DNA from: Methylophilaceae bacterium
GTDB lineage: Bacteria > Pseudomonadota > Gammaproteobacteria > Burkholderiales > Methylophilaceae
Direction of reading: 5' to 3'
DNA length: 64,000 bases
Assembly (NCBI GenBank): GCA_017857755.1
Contig: JAFMCM010000001.1
Location: 25,121-89,120, forward strand
Position numbers and translations under genes: made by a program. Under the pieces are notes generated by a model. The model was given only the letters and a program-made list of their open reading frames with translations, did not search any database and was not told where the DNA came from. Positions within the stretch are counted from its first letter, which is position 1. Each line of letters begins with the position of its first letter. Below are positions 28,346-34,962 of the stretch, in pieces.

Positions 28346-29485
28346 CTAATTTGATAAATTCACACAAAATGCAATCAAGCTACTGGCTAAATCATCTTGT
28401 TGAATCAAACGATTAGCTCGCTGATGTGTGCAATGGCCAATTTCTGAGAGCTTGGTCAGATAGTCTAGCCAATACACTGGCTCTAAAGCGTTTGTAGACC
28501 ATGCCTGGTGTAATGTTGAAATTGTTTTTGCTGCATCAACATCGCCATAAAAGCCATCCAAGAAGGCATTCAGTTTCAAAAGGTGCGTGTTATCTTCTTG
28601 CCAATAAGGTTGCCACACAAAGGGTTTTCCAGCCCAAATCGCTCTTACCCAGCTATCTTCACCACGAACAAAATTGACATCACAGCTCCACAATAAGAAA
28701 TCATAATTTTGCTGACTGAGGAAAGGCAGTATAAACAGGGTTAAATGACCTAACTTGATACAATCGCCAACTGCCAAGTCCTGACGTCCAAGCAAATCAT
28801 GAGGTAAATGCTGATGAAAAGGCATAAAAACACTCACCTGCCTTTCACCCTTTGCCAGCACTTGTAAAAAAGTTGAAATTGGTGCATCAGCATATGAAAA
28901 TAAGGATATTTTCAAATCATCACTAGCAACTTGAGCAAATTGATGAATATTTATCTGTTGCCAGAAATCACGCTGTCTAAACGCTAGGTTTTGAAAGGCA
29001 TCGCGCCGTTTAATTAAATCCTGTTCACGCAGCAATCCTCCTGTTTTCTCATTGAATCCAGGAAAGTAAAAATAACGTGTCAAGTTGGTGTCATGGTGCT
29101 TGCCATTGCGTCCATGAAATTCTGGCACCCAAGCTTCAGCTGATAAATAGTCTACGTTCACCCAAACGCTTTGCACCTGCATCAGCGCTAAATAAGCTGT
29201 TGGCAGACCACAAGCAAATGTCTCAACCACCACATCAGCTGAATGATTAAACAATGTCTGACTATCCCACCGAACAATAGTGACCCCGTCATAACCCTGT
29301 TCAGCTTCGTCGCTAATTCCAGTTAATAGCTTTGCCACTACTGATAAATGATCGACAAATAATCTAACCACCAAGCCATGCTCATGATGCAATTGTTTAG
29401 CTAAACGCCAACAAACACCAATATCGCCAAAATTATCGACAACCTTACAGAAAATATCCCAATTCTTTTGACTATTGGTCATCAT
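28346..29485 (-). CDS. earP: EF-P arginine-32 rhamnosyltransferase EarP
   Basis: The N-terminal WDIFCKVVDNFGDIGVCWRLAKQL motif is typical of EarP. It lies immediately upstream of efp. Confidence 0.85.
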   Translation of the reverse strand: MMTNSQKNWDIFCKVVDNFGDIGVCWRLAKQLHHEHGLVVRLFVDHLSVVAKLLTGISDEAEQGYDGVTIVRWDSQTLFNHSADVVVETFACGLPTAYLALMQVQSVWVNVDYLSAEAWVPEFHGRNGKHHDTNLTRYFYFPGFNEKTGGLLREQDLIKRRDAFQNLAFRQRDFWQQINIHQFAQVASDDLKISLFSYADAPISTFLQVLAKGERQVSVFMPFHQHLPHDLLGRQDLAVGDCIKLGHLTLFILPFLSQQNYDFLLWSCDVNFVRGEDSWVRAIWAGKPFVWQPYWQEDNTHLLKLNAFLDGFYGDVDAAKTISTLHQAWSTNALEPVYWLDYLTKLSEIGHCTHQRANRLIQQDDLASSLIAFCVNLSN

Positions 29486-29585
29486 GCTTTACTCAACAAT
29501 CAAGCTTAGTCGATATCAATACAACTAGACTTTTAACTGTAATTTTGAGCTGTGTTAATTGAACCTGCACGTGTTCGCGCCCTCA

Positions 29586-29978
29586 TTAAATTAGCAACGG
29601 TGCAATAAACGCAAAGAAGGCCCCTATCAAGAAGATCATTACTGATATCCAATAGATAAATAGCGCCTGTTTTCGTGTTTTAATGCAAACTTGAGCCAAC
29701 ACGGGATCAGCTGGGCACGGCGCATGACGAGCTTGCCACTGCAAATACCCAGCCAATAGCAACATCATCGCCGCCAAACCAAAAACAATCTCCTTATGTT
29801 CACTGACCCAGATCAACTGCGGAAATGTACTCAATAAACTCGTTAATGTTGCGACTGAACCAATCGCCACAAGCGTCGCAGGCAAAGCACAACAGATTAA
29901 GGTAGAGCTACTGGTTAATAGGGATAATAAATTAGCGCGTTTAGCTGTTTGAATACTTGTAATATTCAAATCAGCCAC
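29586..29978 (-). CDS. MerT-like 3-TM membrane protein with a CC pair in TM1 and a CPx8..C pair in the TM2-TM3 loop
   Basis: LICCALPATLVAIG lies in helix 1 and HAPCPADPVLAQVC lies between helices 2 and 3. The GTG start overlaps the TAG stop of the HMA gene (TAGTG). Confidence 0.5.
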   Translation of the reverse strand: MADLNITSIQTAKRANLLSLLTSSSTLICCALPATLVAIGSVATLTSLLSTFPQLIWVSEHKEIVFGLAAMMLLLAGYLQWQARHAPCPADPVLAQVCIKTRKQALFIYWISVMIFLIGAFFAFIAPLLI

Positions 29979-30313
29979 TATGGATTCGCTTTCATCTCTG
30001 TTTTAATCGCTTCAATCGATTGCTCAACCTTCTGCACTTTGCTTATCGTATATCCAGCATCAGTAATCACCTGTTCAAAGGTTGTTAATGGGACATCTTG
30101 TTGCTCTTTTAGCTCTAAAACAACAATACGCCGCTTTAAATTCACAAATGCACCTTTAGCTTCAGGCATTGCATTTAATTTCTTTTCAATCCCCTTTGCG
30201 CAAAAAGCACATACCATGCCATTCACTTCCGCCTTAATACTAGCGGCAAATCCGACTGAAGCTTGCAAAAAAGCTGTTAAAAGAAAGATTACTATCATCA
30301 ATTTTTTCATCAT
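29978..30313 (-). CDS. Periplasmic heavy-metal-associated (HMA, MerP/CopZ-like) protein
   Basis: Signal peptide MMKKLMIVIFLLTAFLQASVGFA followed by the GMVCAFC (GMxCxxC) metal-binding motif. Confidence 0.75.
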   Translation of the reverse strand: MMKKLMIVIFLLTAFLQASVGFAASIKAEVNGMVCAFCAKGIEKKLNAMPEAKGAFVNLKRRIVVLELKEQQDVPLTTFEQVITDAGYTISKVQKVEQSIEAIKTEMKANP

Positions 30314-30326
30314 TTATCCCTTATAT

Positions 30327-30974
30327 TTAATACGTTAACATTAGATTAAGCCTAGGCGCTCGTTCACCGCGATTAAACGGATTCGTCATTCCAAGCTCTA
30401 AAAAGTAATTTTTATTAATCAAACGCAAAGCTGGTGTCACCTGCATGCTCGGTTGCATGTTGCGCGTCGTTTTGGCTTCAAGCACAAACCAAGGCTGTGT
30501 TTCATCAAAATCGGTTTCAAAAAATGAGAATCCAGCCTGAATAGCAGCAACATCATTATTCATGCCAGGCGCACGCACCATTCTAGTTTTAGCTAGAAAA
30601 TACAATCGCGTCGTTTCATAATCAAACTGTATGCTAGGGCTATAACTAAACCCATTAAATTGACCTTTAGCCTCACCAATACTGCCCATCACCCAAATAT
30701 TAGCTTGTGCAGCAGGCAAATTCCAGCGCTTAAGTAAACCAGTATAATTAAGACCCGTCATCGTCGTAGCGGACGAGCCTTTAGGTGACATGCGCATGAC
30801 TTCAACACCAAAAGCATGATGCACAGTCGGTGCATAATTGACCATCAATTCTTGATTATATTCACCTATTTCCGTCATCAGCATCGAACTGCCAGCAAAA
30901 CCCATTAATGCTGCTGCATAAGACGGAAAAGAGAATACAATCAACAAAGACGCAACGAACAGTTGCTTTTTCAT
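30327..30974 (-). CDS. Putative small outer-membrane beta-barrel protein
   Basis: The ATG at 30974 follows a GGAGG Shine-Dalgarno. It has signal peptide MKKQLFVASLLIVFSFPSYAA, alternating hydrophobic beta-strand patterns and a C-terminal LNLMLTY (terminal aromatic residue). Confidence 0.5.
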   Translation of the reverse strand: MKKQLFVASLLIVFSFPSYAAALMGFAGSSMLMTEIGEYNQELMVNYAPTVHHAFGVEVMRMSPKGSSATTMTGLNYTGLLKRWNLPAAQANIWVMGSIGEAKGQFNGFSYSPSIQFDYETTRLYFLAKTRMVRAPGMNNDVAAIQAGFSFFETDFDETQPWFVLEAKTTRNMQPSMQVTPALRLINKNYFLELGMTNPFNRGERAPRLNLMLTY

Positions 30975-31023
30975 AATACCTCCAATCATACAATTAAAAA
31001 ATGGACGGACCTGTCCTGAATAT

Positions 31024-31359
31024 TTAACTGAATATTGGTGGTCTTAAGTCAGGAGCCAGATTGTTAGATGTAAAGATTACGTCCACAAAGATTGGGTTGG
31101 TAGATGTTAATAAGAAAGCATCAAAACTCGGAGTAAAGTCTAACGGCGCAATGGCGATTGCCAACGCACAAAAACCACAAAGAATGCAAAGGCTGGTTTT
31201 ATTTTTTGTCTGTTTTGCGGGTGCATGATGGCATGACTGATTAGGTTGTTGCACAACATGATGAGATTGTTGCAAGCGCATTTGCATGCCCATTGCATCA
31301 GCTGTCACCATAAAAACTGGCAACCAAGCGATTAATAAAACACATATCCATCTCTTCAT
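31024..31359 (-). CDS. Secreted Cys/Met/His-rich protein, DUF2946-like
   Basis: The start is likely the ATG at 31359 (MKRWICVLLIAWLPVFMVTADA). The track start at 31395 is a TTG. The mature part carries MGMQMRLQQSHH, CHH, CILCGFC (CxxCxxC) and a C-terminal RPPIFS. The family call is from memory only. Confidence 0.4.
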   Translation of the reverse strand: MKRWICVLLIAWLPVFMVTADAMGMQMRLQQSHHVVQQPNQSCHHAPAKQTKNKTSLCILCGFCALAIAIAPLDFTPSFDAFLLTSTNPIFVDVIFTSNNLAPDLRPPIFS

Positions 31360-31534
31360 TGATGTTAGGATAACCTTATATTGACCATAATTCAAGCACT
31401 AGTAATCAACACGCTTAAACAAAACACATGGTGCACTAGCCTTGAATCAATTGCCTATTCCGTCTATCCTAGCATTGAATTTTTACGTTAATCGCTGACA
31501 TAGGCAAAAACCTTTATTAACGAGACCTTTCTTA

Positions 31535-31885
31535 ATGTTAACAGTTGCGGGTATTACAGATGATTTAGGCGTACTCGCTTCAGCGATTATTGCTATCCGC
31601 ATCGGTATGAACGACGAAATGAAAGCACCTGCAAATCAACAAGTTACAGATTGGTTGGATATGATCATGTTGGAACACATTGAAAATAATGAAGACTCAC
31701 CGCTGGCAGAAGAGGTCATGTGTGAATGCACGGGTACGACTCGCGGCAAGATTTATGATCTTGTGGAACAAGGGTATAATCTTGAAGCGATTTCACGAAA
31801 AACAGGCGTGAACACTGGCTGTGGCGGATGTGAGTCTGATGTAGAAAATTTTATTGAAGCACTGGAAGCGATTAAGAAAGGGTGA
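31535..31885 (+). CDS. BFD-like [2Fe-2S]-binding domain protein with an N-terminal extension of about 60 aa
   Basis: The Cys pattern CEC-x31-CGGC matches the Bfd-type CxC...CxxC ligand set. The start codon is uncertain because there is no Shine-Dalgarno. Confidence 0.7.
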   Translation: MLTVAGITDDLGVLASAIIAIRIGMNDEMKAPANQQVTDWLDMIMLEHIENNEDSPLAEEVMCECTGTTRGKIYDLVEQGYNLEAISRKTGVNTGCGGCESDVENFIEALEAIKKG

Positions 31886-32160
31886 CCATGGATTGGAAAA
31901 TATTTGCAACGATTTTTGCTTCTGTATTCATTGCAGAACTAGGCGACAAGACACAATTAGCAACCATGCTATTCGCCGCCGATAAGGAAGTGAGTACGCT
32001 AACTGTTTTTTTCGCAGCCTCGCTTGCGCTGATTGTAGCCACTGCTCTAGGCGTATTAGCGGGTTCCGTCCTGACATCGTATATCAATGAAAAACATCTA
32101 CACATTACTGCTGGTATAGGCTTTATCCTAATCGGTGCTTACACCCTTTACCATGCCTAA
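31882..32160 (+). CDS. Half-size UPF0016 (GDT1/TMEM165/MneA-type) cation transporter subunit
   Basis: 92 aa with 3 predicted TM helices and the signature E-x-G-D-K-T (AELGDKTQL). It has an ATGA-type 4-nt overlap with the bfd-like gene. Confidence 0.75.
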   Translation: MTMDWKIFATIFASVFIAELGDKTQLATMLFAADKEVSTLTVFFAASLALIVATALGVLAGSVLTSYINEKHLHITAGIGFILIGAYTLYHA

Positions 32161-32184
32161 TCGCATCGATCACTTAACACACAC

Positions 32185-32676
32185 TCATGAATAGCGAACA
32201 TCAATGACTTGAAACTCGCCATCGCCTTTGGGCGTTTGAACGGTTATAACATCGCCAATGCTTTTACCACGGATGGCTTTCGCTAGTGGTGATACCCACG
32301 AGATATAACCTTTATTTGGGTCAATTTCATCCTTACCTACAATGCGATAGGTGTGTTCACTATCGTCGACCAAATTAAAAAGTGTCACCCAAGCACCAAA
32401 AAACACTTTTTCAAGATGCTGCTGCTCTTTACTATCCACAATCACAGCAAAATCCATGCGCTTCATCAAATGTCGGCAGCGACTATCAATTTGGCGCAAA
32501 CGCCGTTTACCATAGATATAATCACCATTCTCACTGCGATCACCATTACTAGCAGCCCAAGTAACGGTTTTAACCACGGTAGGCCGTTCTACTTTATAAA
32601 GCGCATGAAACTCAGCTTGCAACGCAGCAAAGCCTTCAGGGGTTATATAATTCTTTTCGTCAGTGACAGCCATCAA
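32185..32676 (-). CDS. greB: Transcription elongation factor GreB
   Basis: VTWAASNGDRSENGDYIYGKRRLRQIDSRCRHL matches the GreB coiled-coil tip region. Confidence 0.85.
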   Translation of the reverse strand: MMAVTDEKNYITPEGFAALQAEFHALYKVERPTVVKTVTWAASNGDRSENGDYIYGKRRLRQIDSRCRHLMKRMDFAVIVDSKEQQHLEKVFFGAWVTLFNLVDDSEHTYRIVGKDEIDPNKGYISWVSPLAKAIRGKSIGDVITVQTPKGDGEFQVIDVRYS

Positions 32677-32882
32677 TATCTTTTCTATGAGCGGAGTTTT
32701 TGAGTACTGCTTTGTGGGTCTTTATCCTAGCCAGCACATGATCACAAAACAGTATCTAGCGATATAAAATTAGTGGGTTCGATTAATAACACAGATCAGC
32801 ATTTATCCAGGTTGTCTCATCATTAATGACAGCAACTGCCATTTGATTAACGCATTCTAACGCATTGACTGATCATTATAAT

Positions 32883-33863
32883 CTATCCGATGCCTACCTG
32901 TTTTAATTCCCATTGCCAAGCATGTGCCACGATGGTGTCAAGCTGTGTGAAACTTGGTGCCCAACCCAAGGTATGACGTGCTTTTGTTGCATCCGCCACA
33001 AGGCTTGCAGGGTCGCCCTCACGACGTGGCCCATCAACGACTTTCACTACTTTTCCTGTCACGCGTTCTACCGCACGAATCACCTCTTGCACTGAAAAAC
33101 CAGCGCCATTACCTAAATTAAAGCGGTTACTTTTACCGTTCTTCACTAGATAATCTAAGGCCAACAAATGGGCTGAACACAAATCAACAACATGAATGTA
33201 GTCACGCACGCAAGTGCCATCAGGCGTGCAGTAATCTCGACCAAATACATTGATATTTGCTCTTCTACCAGAAACAGCCTGTAGGATAAGCGGTATCAAA
33301 TGCGTTTCAGGGTCGTGACGCTCACCCAACTGTCCATCAGGGTCAGCACCTGCAGCATTAAAGTAACGCAGACAAATAGACTTTAAACCAAATGCTTTAT
33401 CATAATCTTGCAGTATTTTTTCAATCATTAGCTTAGATTGGCCATAAGGGTTCAATGGTGATGTTCGATGCTGCTCATCAATCGGCACATAATCAGGCTC
33501 ACCAAAAATCGCTGCTGTAGATGAGAAGATAAAGCGCTTAATGCCATGCTTGACCATGGCATCTAATACATTAAGCGTGTTGGTGACATTATTGCGATAA
33601 TATAAATCTGGTCTATTAACTGACTCCCCCACTTGAATAAAAGAGGCAAAATGCAACACTGCATCAGGCTGATAACTTGAAAATGTAAAGTCGAGTGTTG
33701 AAACGTCAGCAAGATCACCGTGAACAAACGCACCGCCAAGCACCGCATCACGATGCCCACTTGATAAATTATCAAATGTCAGCACTTCATGCCCTTCTGA
33801 AAGCAACATCTTGACCATATGTGAACCAATGTAACCCGCACCACCAACAACTAAAACTTTCAT
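32883..33863 (-). CDS. galE: UDP-glucose 4-epimerase
   Basis: VVGGAGYIGSH Rossmann motif and YGQSKLMIE (YxxxK), 326 aa. Confidence 0.9.
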   Translation of the reverse strand: MKVLVVGGAGYIGSHMVKMLLSEGHEVLTFDNLSSGHRDAVLGGAFVHGDLADVSTLDFTFSSYQPDAVLHFASFIQVGESVNRPDLYYRNNVTNTLNVLDAMVKHGIKRFIFSSTAAIFGEPDYVPIDEQHRTSPLNPYGQSKLMIEKILQDYDKAFGLKSICLRYFNAAGADPDGQLGERHDPETHLIPLILQAVSGRRANINVFGRDYCTPDGTCVRDYIHVVDLCSAHLLALDYLVKNGKSNRFNLGNGAGFSVQEVIRAVERVTGKVVKVVDGPRREGDPASLVADATKARHTLGWAPSFTQLDTIVAHAWQWELKQVGIG

Positions 33864-34327
33864 CTCATCACCTTTAATTTAATCTTTCATCCATCTATTC
33901 ATCTAAGATGATTGGATATAACGGCATTTCTTTCTTTAATACAAAGCCATGGAAAACAGCTAGAGTGTACCTTTTTAACTAGCGCATTGAAATGCTAATA
34001 CCTTGTTTAGAACATAGGGTGACTACAACCAAGCAAGAATACGCACCAAACGTTCTGATTAATCACATTGACCAAGCTGAAACGGGTACCAGCTAAGCTC
34101 GTATTAATTTAGTCATTATCGGCATGGCCATACCCACTCTTAACGCCACCTCACTGGTTTTGTTAAAGTGGTGCGCTCCTTCAAGCTGCGCCCTTGCTGT
34201 CACGACTTTAACTGATTCGATAGATTGGTATGTGATGCCAGAAATTGGAAAGCATTTTTGGTTTTAAGGTATTGCGTTTGAATTCTCGTGTTCATCATGA
34301 AATTCACCAGCTTTTAACTTAACGCGA

Positions 34328-34360
34328 GCGGATTTGTTTAGCTAAGACAAATCCGCTTTA
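34328..34360 (+). terminator. Rho-independent terminator-like hairpin inside the long intergenic region (GCGGATTTGT-N9-ACAAATCCGC followed by TTTAT)
   Basis: A perfect 10-bp stem with a T-rich tail on the + strand only. No annotated + strand gene lies upstream of it. Confidence 0.55.
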
Positions 34361-34742
34361 TACAACCATCTGTTTTATATAACAAATAAATACCGTTTAT
34401 GATTATTTCTGGAAGTTCAAGCAGGCTAGATTCTTAGTAGCGCATGACTGTTTTGAAAGGTGATTTAGGTGGTACTTACATCAATCAAAAATAGGCTTAA
34501 CCAGTCAGCAACAATACAAGGGCTTTCATTTTTATTGTTAATTGTTTTAGATGTTGGCCTTTTTATTAGTGGTTGCCACCTGAAGTTGGACAGTGATTTT
34601 TATCACCTTAACCAGTTTGCTGGTTTTGGTTGCTTAGGTACGAGGATCGTGCTGCTTAGTTTTACTCACCTGCTGTCGTGTTTAAGGTATGTGTTTTAGT
34701 TTAGTAAGTACACCAACTAAAACACAATACAGCAACGCATGC

Positions 34743-34772
34743 TTGACAGTCCTCATTAATCACTTTGATAAT
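34743..34772 (+). promoter_or_regulatory. Near-consensus sigma70-type promoter (TTGACA-N18-GATAAT) about 190 bp upstream of the addB-like gene
   Basis: Hexamers read directly from the sequence. With -10 taken as TGATAA the spacer is 17 nt. Untested. Confidence 0.35.
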
Positions 34773-34962
34773 CTGGCAGTAAATTTGATACTGCAAAGAG
34801 AGCCTTATGGATAAATGGCCAGCAATGAGTGTCACGATACGATGCTTAAATCAGATTTTTTGCTTTGCGCATTATGTCGATTCGCGGTTGGCCATCACTT
34901 GTTTAAGTTGATTATTCGCGATAAGTACTAGCGATTATCACGCTGTCGTTTAGAATAATGCC

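Noticed and set aside
29586-30313. The MerT-like plus MerP-like pair considered as a mercury resistance (mer) operon
   Set aside because: There is no merA, merR, merD or transposon context, so a canonical mer operon is not supported. It is kept as a finding about an unusual metal module instead.
29949-30338. A 129-aa + strand ORF antisense to the HMA gene
   Set aside because: It is embedded opposite a gene with a signal peptide and a GMxCxxC motif, and it has no features of its own.
32448-32456. A DnaA-box-like CTATCCACA (8 of 9 match) and a general search for oriC or dif signatures near ftsK
   Set aside because: It is a single near-match inside the greB coding sequence, with no cluster of boxes and no AT-rich unwinding element.
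32775-32784. GGGTTCGATT, resembling a tRNA T-loop, in the greB/galE intergenic region
   Set aside because: The flanking bases cannot form a T-stem, acceptor stem or anticodon arm, so it is not a tRNA.
34200-34317. Micro-ORFs near the internal terminator: minus-strand 32 aa MMNTRIQTQYLKTKNAFQFLASHTNLSNQLKS, and + strand 6 aa MKFTSF
   Set aside because: Neither has a ribosome-binding site or recognisable similarity. They are mentioned only as hypotheses in the intergenic finding and are not called as features.
34469-34699. A 76-aa + strand ORF, the only ORF of 60 aa or more in the long galE/addB gap
   Set aside because: It has a GTG start with no Shine-Dalgarno, odd composition and no motif. 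I treat the region as non-coding or decayed rather than calling a gene.
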